DNA of 64,000 bases from Patescibacteria group bacterium (GTDB taxonomy: Bacteria > Patescibacteriota > Saccharimonadia > Saccharimonadales > UBA4665): contig JARXKN010000002.1 in the NCBI GenBank assembly GCA_030271625.1, positions 7,996 through 71,995 on the forward strand, read 5' to 3'. Positions 20,735 to 29,362 of the stretch are shown here, piece by piece; position 1 is the first letter of the stretch, and every line of letters begins with the position of its first letter. The position numbers and the translations under genes were made by a program. The notes under the pieces are model-generated. The model saw nothing but the letters and a program-made list of their open reading frames with translations. It ran no database searches and was not told the DNA's origin.

Positions 20735-22225
20735 ATGCAACGACTCCTCACGAGACTGTATTCTTGGATCGCTTCTCCACGCTTTTTTCGTTGCGTCGTA
20801 ATTTTAGCGGTAATATCGGCCGCCTGGATTGCGCTGACTGGTCAGTATCCCATGGCTTTTGACGAAGACTTTCATTTAGGATTAATAAGAGTCTACGCCA
20901 GCCATAGCCTGCCGTTCTTTTCTAGCCAGCCAAGTAATGCCGATGCCTATGGAGCGGTGGCCCGAGACCCGTCATTCTTGTTTCACTATCTGATGAGCTT
21001 TCCGTACCGATTAGTTTGTTTAGTTACACAAAATCAAACGGCCCAAGTCTTAGTATTACGGGCCCTCAACATCGCTTTGTTTGCCAGTTGTTTACCGCTG
21101 TTCCGGCGGTTGCTTCGACAAGCCGGTGCCAGTCCGGCACTCGCCCATGGCTGCTTAGCACTGTTTGTGTTAATACCTATAACGCCACTATTGGCAGCCC
21201 AAATTAATTATGATAACGCCGCCCTGCCGCTGACAGCTTGGCTGCTACTACTGGCCCTCAGAGTCCCTAACGAAACCGGGCAATCACGGCAGCTGACGTT
21301 CTTGAAAATTTTGGCAGTTGGTTTGACCGGTAGTCTGATAAAGTTCGCTTTCCTGCCAATCTTTGTTGGTGTTGTCCTCTGGCTGCTGGTAACTGTCCGG
21401 CCTTGGCATTTTGCCCCTCGTCAGTTCCTAGTCACGGCCATGACGACCCTCAAGACGCGACTAGGGGCTAGCTTGGTGGTATTAATTGTCTTGCTTGGCG
21501 TTTTGGCGGGTAACCGCTACGGCGTTAATTTGGTACGCTATCATGACCCGATTCCTGATTGTGGTAAAGTACTGACCATTAATCACTGCCAGAACTACGG
21601 TCCCTATATTAGAGACTACAACTTTGCCCAAGCCAAACCTAGTACACACACTAATCCGTACAATTTCATGAAAGAGTGGCTTTACGGGATGTGGTTGCGG
21701 TCAGTCTTCAGTGTTGGTGGCCCCAAGACCACCTATGAAACCAAAGGGCCACTGTATGCACCAGCCTATGTGGTGATTGTCTTGCTGGCGCTTGGGGCTA
21801 TCGCCCTGTTGGTCCGGGCTCGTCAAACGTGGCGGAGTGCCCGCTACAGCAGCAGCTTATTTGCAGTTATCAGCACCATCTATATCGCGGCCTTATGGCT
21901 CCAAGAGTATAAGGCTTATCGGCACACCGGCTACCCGGTAGCTATTAACGGCCGCTACTTGCTCTTGGTAATTATACCGATTGCCTTTGTCGCTGCTCGG
22001 GCGCTCAGCTTATTGTTGCGTCAGCGTCGTGATCTAAAAACAGCGTTGCTTGGCGTCAGTTTATTAGCGCTACTATGGGGCGGCGGCGAACTGACCTTTA
22101 TTTTGCGTAGTAACCCTAGCTGGTATTGGAATAACCCAGCGGTTCGAGTCTCGAACCGGGCTGTTCAAAAGATTGTTGGACCGGTCACACCGGGTAACTA
22201 TAATCCGACGGCGTTTCTGCGCTAA
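20735..22225 (+). CDS. Polytopic membrane protein, putative GT-C-type glycosyltransferase
   Basis: ~497 aa with more than 10 TM segments and a 'FDEDFHLG' loop after TM1. I trimmed the track ORF 20612 to the ATG at 20735. The family assignment is tentative. Confidence 0.55.
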   Translation: MQRLLTRLYSWIASPRFFRCVVILAVISAAWIALTGQYPMAFDEDFHLGLIRVYASHSLPFFSSQPSNADAYGAVARDPSFLFHYLMSFPYRLVCLVTQNQTAQVLVLRALNIALFASCLPLFRRLLRQAGASPALAHGCLALFVLIPITPLLAAQINYDNAALPLTAWLLLLALRVPNETGQSRQLTFLKILAVGLTGSLIKFAFLPIFVGVVLWLLVTVRPWHFAPRQFLVTAMTTLKTRLGASLVVLIVLLGVLAGNRYGVNLVRYHDPIPDCGKVLTINHCQNYGPYIRDYNFAQAKPSTHTNPYNFMKEWLYGMWLRSVFSVGGPKTTYETKGPLYAPAYVVIVLLALGAIALLVRARQTWRSARYSSSLFAVISTIYIAALWLQEYKAYRHTGYPVAINGRYLLLVIIPIAFVAARALSLLLRQRRDLKTALLGVSLLALLWGGGELTFILRSNPSWYWNNPAVRVSNRAVQKIVGPVTPGNYNPTAFLR

Positions 22226-23166
22226 GCGTTGTAGCGCAGTCGCTTCGTCTGCTCTAAGTTGTCTTCTGTCAGGACGCGGTTAATACGGATTAAGTCGGCG
22301 ATAATGTTCAAAACCATGCACAAGAAGGAGGCAATCATTAACATTGATCCAGCCAGCAAGGATTGAATGTGGCCGGTAGTCGAACGATCTTCTAACCCTA
22401 AAATGATGAAGCGGCTAAATGGAATCAGGGCCAGTAAGAATAGAATTGCCGCGAGGGTTCCAAAGACCATGTAGGGCTTATACATTACATAGGCCCGAAT
22501 AATGGTGACCGCTGATTTGCGCACGTGTTCCCAAGTGGACTTAAATAACCGCGATTCACGCGTTTTTGGATTGGTGGTGACAGGGATACTGGCAATAGCC
22601 AGGCCTTTATTACCGGCTTGGATGATTGTTTCCATGGTGTAGCTAAAGCGAGTGATGGTATTAAGACGGATTAACGATTCTTTGGAGTAGGCTCGGAAGC
22701 CACTCGGTGCATCAGGCACATTGGTACCAGCGGCAATAGTAACGACGCGGCTGCCGACAGTTTGCAGTAGTTTCTTGAAGGCAGAAAAATGGGCAATGGT
22801 GCTAGTTTGGCGATCGGCGACGACAATATCGGCTTGACCGTTAATTATTGGCTGTACTAAATCTCCAATCCGCTCTTGGGGGTACTGATTGTCGCCATCG
22901 GTGTTTACGACAATATCGGCGCCAATGCTGAGAGCGTAAGACACGCCGTCGTGAAACGAACGACCCAACCCCTGTCGCTGCGGATGCCGGACAAAATGCC
23001 TCACACCGTGCTGCTTGGCAACTGCAACCGTAGCATCCGAAGAGCCATCGTCAACAATCAGCACCACGATGTCATCTATGCCAGCAATCTTTTTAGGGAT
23101 AGTCGCTAACACCAACGGCAAGGTCTCGGCCTCATTGAGGCATGGAATCTGTATCACAAGTTTCAT
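22222..23166 (-). CDS. Family 2 glycosyltransferase (polyprenyl-phosphate sugar synthase-like) with C-terminal TM helices
   Basis: 'IQIPCLNEAETL', 'VDDGSSD' and 'DGDNQYP' GT2 motifs. Two C-terminal TM segments. Confidence 0.9.
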   Translation of the reverse strand: MKLVIQIPCLNEAETLPLVLATIPKKIAGIDDIVVLIVDDGSSDATVAVAKQHGVRHFVRHPQRQGLGRSFHDGVSYALSIGADIVVNTDGDNQYPQERIGDLVQPIINGQADIVVADRQTSTIAHFSAFKKLLQTVGSRVVTIAAGTNVPDAPSGFRAYSKESLIRLNTITRFSYTMETIIQAGNKGLAIASIPVTTNPKTRESRLFKSTWEHVRKSAVTIIRAYVMYKPYMVFGTLAAILFLLALIPFSRFIILGLEDRSTTGHIQSLLAGSMLMIASFLCMVLNIIADLIRINRVLTEDNLEQTKRLRYNA

Positions 23167-23209
23167 AACTTCCTAACAGTATAACAAAACCAGCTCTAAA
23201 GCTGGTCCA

Positions 23210-23218
23210 TGGTATAAT
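23210..23218 (+). promoter_or_regulatory. Extended -10 element TGGTATAAT
   Basis: Perfect TGnTATAAT, 12 nt upstream of the ATG at 23231. Preceded by the hairpin accagct-ctaa-agctggt. Confidence 0.4.
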
Positions 23219-23230
23219 TATGGGCAATAA

Positions 23231-24790
23231 ATGACAGATAAACATCCACTTAAAAAAGGCGGCAAAATGGTCGCCGGGGCGCGACCTGGTCAAGACGTAA
23301 TCGTCGCCAAGGGGGCGGCTCAGTTCCCTAATGTGGGCATGTCCTTACCGAGCTATAAGCCAACAACGGCTGGCAAGGGTGGGCCGGCCTACAAACCGTC
23401 GGCTGCGGCCAGTAAAGCCACAGCTAACCCGACTAAAGGTAATCGGAAGCAGTTCTTTAAACGATTGCTGCTGGGATTGTTAGTCCTGGGCGTCATTGTA
23501 GGTGGTTGGTTGGGCGGTAAGGTACTGTATAACGCCCATAAATTATTTGGTGGCAGCATTCTGGGTGTCTTGCAAACTACCAAACTGAAAGGCGAGGATA
23601 AGGGCCGGGTCACAATTCTGCTGGCTGGTAATTCGGCCGACGATGTAGGTCATAATGGTGGCGAGTTAACTGATTCGATTCTGCTAATTAGTATTGATAC
23701 CCAGCAACACTCGGCTTACTTGCTGAGCATCCCGCGCGATTTATGGGTCAATGTCCCTGACAGCGGTCACCAAAAGATAAATAGTGCCTATGTAGTTGGC
23801 AAAGCCGGTGATTTTCATGGTAATGGCTTCCCGCAAGGTGGCATGGGTCAACTGGAGCAGGTTGTTGAAGATAATCTCGGCGTCGATATTAATTATTATG
23901 CCCTGGTTAACTACAGCGCCCTTAAGCAAGCCGTTGATGCTGTCGGCGGTATCGATTACACAGTAAAAAGTAGCGACCCCCGCGGACTGTACGACCCTAA
24001 CATTGACTATACTAACAATAAGCCACTCGTTAAACTCACGAACGGTGTGCACCACTTAAATGGCCAACAAGCTTTGGATTTAGCCCGCGCTCGTGGCGAC
24101 TCCAGTCGGGCTTATGGCTTTGCTATGTCTGATTTTGACCGCACCCAACATCAGCGCGAAATGCTGACGCTGCTTAAATCGAAAGCTGTCAGTGCTGGTG
24201 TGTTATCAAACCCAGCCAAGTTGAGTAGCTTGTTTGATGCCATCGGCGGTAATGTAAAAACTGACTTGTCGATAAGTGAAGTGCGTCGGATTTATGACGT
24301 CACTAAAGACATCGGCAATAGTGCGATTGGCTCGGCCAGTTTCAATAATGCCGATGGCACTAATTTGCTTGCCAACTATCAAGCGCCGAACGGCTCCTCG
24401 GCCTTAATACCGGCGGCTGGACTGGATGACTTTAGCGATATCCAGGCCTTCTTGAAGCGCCTAGGATCACATGACCCCGTGGTCCGTGAAGCTGCAAAAG
24501 TCGTGGTGCTCAATGCGACTGACACGAGTGGCTTGGCCGGGTCAGTTAAAACTACCTTGCTAGCTAAAAATATCAACGTCACCGCCATTGGCGACGCCAA
24601 AGCTAACCAGGCCGTCACGACTGTTATCGACCTGACAACCACTGCTACGGCCAAGCCAGGCACCAAAGCGGCACTGTTAAAGAAATTTGGTACTGTCGCG
24701 ACGACCACCAACCCCTACGGGACACTATATGACGCTGATTTCATCGTCCTAGTCGGTGCCGACCAGGTGCCAAAACAATCCCAAAATTAA
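23231..24790 (+). CDS. LytR-CpsA-Psr (LCP) family cell-wall polymer ligase
   Basis: N-terminal TM segment and an LCP core ('ILLAGNSADD...DSILLISID', 'PRDLWV'). The C-terminal LytR_C-like region includes 'VVVLNATDTSGLA'. Confidence 0.9.
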   Translation: MTDKHPLKKGGKMVAGARPGQDVIVAKGAAQFPNVGMSLPSYKPTTAGKGGPAYKPSAAASKATANPTKGNRKQFFKRLLLGLLVLGVIVGGWLGGKVLYNAHKLFGGSILGVLQTTKLKGEDKGRVTILLAGNSADDVGHNGGELTDSILLISIDTQQHSAYLLSIPRDLWVNVPDSGHQKINSAYVVGKAGDFHGNGFPQGGMGQLEQVVEDNLGVDINYYALVNYSALKQAVDAVGGIDYTVKSSDPRGLYDPNIDYTNNKPLVKLTNGVHHLNGQQALDLARARGDSSRAYGFAMSDFDRTQHQREMLTLLKSKAVSAGVLSNPAKLSSLFDAIGGNVKTDLSISEVRRIYDVTKDIGNSAIGSASFNNADGTNLLANYQAPNGSSALIPAAGLDDFSDIQAFLKRLGSHDPVVREAAKVVVLNATDTSGLAGSVKTTLLAKNINVTAIGDAKANQAVTTVIDLTTTATAKPGTKAALLKKFGTVATTTNPYGTLYDADFIVLVGADQVPKQSQN

Positions 24791-24820
24791 GGGGTGGGTA
24801 CTACCCCTATTGAGGCCGGC

Positions 24821-24830
24821 AGTGTACACT
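24821..24830. promoter_or_regulatory. Perfect 10-bp palindrome AGTGTACACT immediately upstream of the Crp/Fnr-family gene
   Basis: The sequence is agtgtacact, ending 7 nt before the ATG at 24838. Confidence 0.3.
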
Positions 24831-24837
24831 AGTCAGT

Positions 24838-25524
24838 ATGTCTGATGCAGCTGTGAGAAAACTCGACGCCTTTGTCGCCGGCCACCCTACCCGCTCGTTT
24901 AAGAAGGGTGAGATTATCATTTTTCAAGGTGAAGCACCGCGGAGTGCCTTTGTTGTTAAAAGCGGCACCGTTAAAGCTTATAATTTAAGTGTTAATGGTG
25001 ATGAGAAGCCAGTCGCCTTTTATTCCACCTACTCTTCTTTTCCTGGCAGCTGGATTTATGGCAAAGTGCCAAGTGCTATCTATTATTACGAAGCTTTTAC
25101 GCCAGAAGTTACCTTATATATTGTCGACCGTGAGGCCTACGTTAACTTTATCCGATCTGATGCCGACCTCCTCTACAACGAGCTCCAAACCTATGTCACC
25201 AGCCAGTTAGGCAAATCAATGCGTCTCAATGCCCTACAGCACTCACGAGCGAGTGATAAGCTGGTCTATACCCTGCACTATTTAGCATTGAGCCATGGTC
25301 GCACTATCAGTCCGCAGATTGTAGAAATTACGCTTGATCTGACGCACCAAGATTTTGCAAATTTAACGGGCTTAACCCGCGAAACAGCGGCCACCGAACT
25401 TAATAAGTTGAAGCATCAGGGTGTGATCAGTTATAGCAAAAACATGCCCTACCGTTTAGACCTCAATAAACTGATGAGTCTTCTAAACGATCAGTATATT
25501 GCTGACGTTCAAGTTAAGCTGTAG
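24838..25524 (+). CDS. Crp/Fnr-family transcriptional regulator
   Basis: 228 aa. N-terminal cNMP-binding-like beta-roll ('KKGEIIIFQGE') and a C-terminal HTH ('HQDFANLTGLTRETAATELNKL'). There is no N-terminal Fnr-type Cys cluster. Confidence 0.85.
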   Translation: MSDAAVRKLDAFVAGHPTRSFKKGEIIIFQGEAPRSAFVVKSGTVKAYNLSVNGDEKPVAFYSTYSSFPGSWIYGKVPSAIYYYEAFTPEVTLYIVDREAYVNFIRSDADLLYNELQTYVTSQLGKSMRLNALQHSRASDKLVYTLHYLALSHGRTISPQIVEITLDLTHQDFANLTGLTRETAATELNKLKHQGVISYSKNMPYRLDLNKLMSLLNDQYIADVQVKL

Positions 25525-25936
25525 CCGGCGTAGAGCTGTTTTCCAGAGCTTCGTTAATGACACGTGACAAATTGTGCGGTGCCGTCCAAGACTTAATAAT
25601 ACAGCGGTGGGCACCAAGTTTATAAGACTCAGCTACTTCGGGTGAGTTTTCCATGTTAGTGAAGATGAGTACCTTTACATCTGGGTGAACCTTTAGGTCA
25701 AAATGCTGTAAAAACTCCAGACCACCCATAATTGGCATGAGTAAGTCGAGCAGAATCAAATCAGGTTTGAAGTTTTTGAGTTTATCTAACGCTTCTTGGC
25801 CATCAAAAGCCGACTCGACAGTGTGATCCTGACTGCTGAGGATAATTGAGTAGGCATTGTTTAGGTCTTTATCGTCTTCGACAATGAGGATGTTAGCCAC
25901 AAAGCGCTCCTTAAAGTTATAGTATGAGTTTACCAC
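25514..25936 (-). CDS. Stand-alone response-regulator receiver protein
   Basis: 'ILIVEDD', 'DLILLDLLMP' and 'TNM....K' receiver motifs. No output domain. Confidence 0.85.
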   Translation of the reverse strand: MVNSYYNFKERFVANILIVEDDKDLNNAYSIILSSQDHTVESAFDGQEALDKLKNFKPDLILLDLLMPIMGGLEFLQHFDLKVHPDVKVLIFTNMENSPEVAESYKLGAHRCIIKSWTAPHNLSRVINEALENSSTPATA

Positions 25937-25968
25937 GGCGGCACCGCTTACCGTATAAGATATTTAAC

Positions 25969-27090
25969 TTAATTGCTGCGTTGTCGCTGCTCTTTGGGTA
26001 GAGTGAAGAAAAACTTAGTGCCTTTGCCCTCTTCACTCTCAAACCAGATAGTGCCACGCAGCCGTTCCAGCAAGCCTTTTACCAGGTACAGCCCAAGGCC
26101 GGTACCAGTCGTTTCTCGCTTGACCGTGTTTTGAGCTCTAAAGAATTTACTAAAGACTTGATCATGCGATTCTTTCGGAATACCCCAGCCGTTATCAGTC
26201 ACCGTAATTAAAACGTCCTTAACTCTACCACGGACACTAATATCGACCGCGCCGCCCTCGGTGGTGTATTTAATGGCGTTAGACACTAGGTTAGAGATGA
26301 TTTCTTTAAGAATTAAATTATCGGTTTTTACACTGGTGGCTAGTTTGCCCTGGACCGTCATAGACAGGTTAATATTCTTTTCCGACGCCGCTAAACTGAG
26401 TTCTTTTATGACTTCTTCGGCCGCCCGCTCAACCCGGAGCATGCGGGAATTGATTACAATCGTGCCGCTTTCGATGCGTGTGATGTTGAGCAGCGTGCTA
26501 ATTAATTCGTTCATACGATTAGTGGCCCCAATAATGGTCCGCAGCGATTTCTTTTGAGCTGGCGTTACGTCGCCCATATAACCATCGACTAACATGTGGG
26601 AGTACGTTTTAATAGCCGACAAGGGGGTGCGTAACTGGTGCGAAGCTAGCGAGATGAATTCACTCTTCATGCGGTCAATTTCTTCTTCGAGCGTAATATC
26701 ACGAAATACCTCTATTGCCCCGATTGGTCGGTCGGCTAAGAGAATCGGAGAAACAGTCAGCATGACCGGAAAACGCTGGCCATCATGTTTTCGATAAAAT
26801 ATTTTGTCGGTGACTGAGCGGCCGGTCAGAAAGGCCTTGGTAATTGGTCGATCGATGAGGTTTACAGTAACATCGTCTTCGTTAATAGCTACAATCTTTT
26901 TTGGGAACCACTCACCGATGAGCTCTGACTCTTTGTACCCTAGGATATCGAGGGCAATCGGGTTAATGCGCGTAATTCTACCAAATTCGTCAGTTGCGAT
27001 TGCGCCTTCACCAATACTATTAAACAGCGCCTCGGCTTGGGCACGCTGCTCTTCCGCTTGTAAAATTGCTGATTGTGGATCAATTGCCAT
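25969..27090 (-). CDS. Soluble PAS-domain sensor histidine kinase
   Basis: PAS region ('FNSIGEGAIATDEFGRITRINP'), H-box 'SHQLRTPLSAI', and N/G boxes ('NLVSNAIKYT', 'DNGWGI', 'GTGLGL'). No TM segment. Confidence 0.9.
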   Translation of the reverse strand: MAIDPQSAILQAEEQRAQAEALFNSIGEGAIATDEFGRITRINPIALDILGYKESELIGEWFPKKIVAINEDDVTVNLIDRPITKAFLTGRSVTDKIFYRKHDGQRFPVMLTVSPILLADRPIGAIEVFRDITLEEEIDRMKSEFISLASHQLRTPLSAIKTYSHMLVDGYMGDVTPAQKKSLRTIIGATNRMNELISTLLNITRIESGTIVINSRMLRVERAAEEVIKELSLAASEKNINLSMTVQGKLATSVKTDNLILKEIISNLVSNAIKYTTEGGAVDISVRGRVKDVLITVTDNGWGIPKESHDQVFSKFFRAQNTVKRETTGTGLGLYLVKGLLERLRGTIWFESEEGKGTKFFFTLPKEQRQRSN

Positions 27091-27346
27091 AGGACTCTTT
27101 CTTTACGGGCAATGTAAGTTTTTCTAATTGCGCCGTATACTCCTCTATAATGTCGCAGTCTTCAGTCAGTAGTGATACTGCCACCCGAATCCAATCAATT
27201 AATTTTTCGAGGTCGTCTTTAGATAGCTCCTCGGGTTCTTTGTGTAGATGGCTCTGAACCTGGCGGGCAATAAAGCGATCAGCTGCTGGCCCTAAATAGA
27301 CATGGGTGATGCGTACGACGCGCTCATACAATGATAACTCGGCCAT
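27080..27346 (-). CDS. Hypothetical 88-aa acidic protein
   Basis: Overlaps the kinase start by 11 nt and lies 2 nt downstream of the membrane-protein gene. No motif recognised. Confidence 0.55.
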   Translation of the reverse strand: MAELSLYERVVRITHVYLGPAADRFIARQVQSHLHKEPEELSKDDLEKLIDWIRVAVSLLTEDCDIIEEYTAQLEKLTLPVKKESYGN

Positions 27347-27348
27347 AA

Positions 27349-28269
27349 CTACACTTCCTCAATTCGTTTCAGCCGAGCCGCGCCAATAGCGATTAAGGTA
27401 TAGCCGATTGCCGATATAATCTGGATTACATAAATCCAGGCCACAATATAATTGAGTGACAAAGAACCGGTCTTGGGAATTATCGAACTTAAGTATTGCA
27501 AGGTTATGGAGCTCACAATGACGGCGGCAATGCCGTAGCCCAAACGTTGCAATGAATGGCGGTAAATTATGCCTTTAGAGGCTTGTGCGAATAAAACAAT
27601 TTCATAGGCGGCTAACAGCCCAACAAACCAAGAATATAGGTACGGGATAACAATTGAAATTACGGCTAACCAAACTGGTAAGAAGTATGCATTGTCTGAT
27701 GTGGAGATAGATATTAAATCAAAATTTCTAAATATAAAGTAACAGTAGACGACGCCGAGGGTTGCGAAGGCAACAATAATACTCTTGGCTTTGGCCATGC
27801 TCAGGCGCACGTTGGCATGCTGCGTTAAACTGCGAGCGCTGTTGCTTAACAAGCTGAAAGCAATCAGCGGCATAATTAAGTTTATGTAGTTGCTAATGAT
27901 GACAGCTGTCGGGTGAAACCGGGGGTGACTATTAGCGATGGTATTTAAAATGATTGAAACCAGGGCTGGAATCGGCAGCGCATAGGCTAGCCAACCACAA
28001 CCAGTCGCCAACTGCTTGTAGTCTTCGCCTTCAGCAGTTTTTTGGATGGCCTGGGCATATGATTTTAACTTTTCAAAACCATAAAAGGCGGCAAACCAAA
28101 TCCCTAGAATTGGGAGCACGACTACAAATAATAAGATGTGATACTGTAAGGCGCTCAAATGATAGGTGGCCATCGCCACTTTGTTAGCTGGCAGCGCAAA
28201 GACCAAAAGAAAATAAAGACCAGTTAAAAGGAAGTAATGCGAGATTGAATTACGCCATAAATTCATCAT
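27349..28269 (-). CDS. Hypothetical polytopic membrane protein (~8 TM)
   Basis: 306 aa and hydrophobic throughout. It is the first gene of the membrane / small / kinase / receiver string. Confidence 0.65.
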   Translation of the reverse strand: MMNLWRNSISHYFLLTGLYFLLVFALPANKVAMATYHLSALQYHILLFVVVLPILGIWFAAFYGFEKLKSYAQAIQKTAEGEDYKQLATGCGWLAYALPIPALVSIILNTIANSHPRFHPTAVIISNYINLIMPLIAFSLLSNSARSLTQHANVRLSMAKAKSIIVAFATLGVVYCYFIFRNFDLISISTSDNAYFLPVWLAVISIVIPYLYSWFVGLLAAYEIVLFAQASKGIIYRHSLQRLGYGIAAVIVSSITLQYLSSIIPKTGSLSLNYIVAWIYVIQIISAIGYTLIAIGAARLKRIEEV

Positions 28270-28345
28270 CTAAGTATACATAGATATAACAGCGCTCAAA
28301 GCTAAAATTCCGCTTGCATCAAACAAACCTACGTTATAGAGTATT

Positions 28346-29362
28346 ATGCTTGTGTTAAAAACTGTATTTATTGATAATACAGGCATGGATATCGACCAAA
28401 AGTTAGCGCACCGCAATCGTAAGCGGCTGCTTATTCTGGCACTCTTGGCCCTAACATTGTATGTAGTATTGCCGCAAGTCCATGGTTTCCAGGCCAGTTT
28501 TAAGCTTCTACGACACATTAATGTCGGGTTGGTACTATTAGCGACCGGCAGTTTAGCCACGACGTTCGTACTCGCTGCCGCCACCTATCATTGTCTGGCA
28601 CGTAAGCCCCTGCTGTATCGGCGTACCGTGCTGGTGGCGGTAGCTAACATGTTTACCAACCGGCTGCTGCCAGCCGGCGCCGGTAGCATTGCAACTTTCT
28701 TTATGTACTTACGGCGTCGTAATCATACGGTTTCGCAAGCCAGTAGTGTCGTGGCGGTTAATAATATAATTGGCTTCTTAAGTCATGGTGTATTGCTGGC
28801 GATAGTACTGGCGGTGTCACCTGGTGGCCTGAGCGGCTTTCAGCTACCCGCTGTCAGTTGGCCAGTGGTTGCTGTTGGCTTGGGCGTTGTGCTGCTGGCT
28901 GTAATCCTGGTGTCCCTCAAGCAGGCCTGGCATCGGTCGGTTTGGCGGTTTCTGCGCTCACTGGCAAAAGATATGCGTTATTATCAACGCCAGCCCTGGT
29001 TATTATTGGCTGCCTTTTCAACCTCTTTACTGATGACCGTTTTTTATGCGGCTGCCCTGTGGTGCTGCATCTTAGCCGTTCATGCCAGCTTAGCCCCGGC
29101 TGCGGCCTTAGCGGTCTTCACGATTGGTGTTATTACCGGTACGCTGACGCCCACACCAGGTGGACTGGGTGGGGTCGAGGCCGGCTTACTAGCCGGCTTG
29201 GTCGCTTATCGACTGCCCGCCGACCAAGCCCTAGCGGCCGTGCTGCTGTATCGTTTACTCAGCTATTGGCTGACGTTAGCGGTTGGCATTGTGACGTACG
29301 TCTATGTTGATCACCGTGGTTATTTACAGCCCGTTAGCAGCCGACGTAAAGCCTTAATCTAA
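28346..29362 (+). CDS. Flippase-like / lysyl-PG-synthase-TM-like membrane protein (UPF0104 family), second copy
   Basis: Polytopic, with the family motif '[13 protein letters not shown]'. Confidence 0.7.
   Translation: MLVLKTVFIDNTGMDIDQKLAHRNRKRLLILALLALTLYVVLPQVHGFQASFKLLRHINVGLVLLATGSLATTFVLAAATYHCLARKPLLYRRTVLVAVANMFTNRLLPAGAGSIATFFMYLRRRNHTVSQASSVVAVNNIIGFLSHGVLLAIVLAVSPGGLSGFQLPAVSWPVVAVGLGVVLLAVILVSLKQAWHRSVWRFLRSLAKDMRYYQRQPWLLLAAFSTSLLMTVFYAAALWCCILAVHASLAPAAALAVFTIGVITGTLTPTPGGLGGVEAGLLAGLVAYRLPADQALAAVLLYRLLSYWLTLAVGIVTYVYVDHRGYLQPVSSRRKALI

Noticed and set aside
28270-28584. A 104-aa minus-strand ORF that spans the intergenic region and the start of the flippase-like gene.
   Set aside because: It overlaps the 5' end of the well-supported plus-strand membrane gene (28346..29362) and translates to an implausible sequence. 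It is most likely spurious.
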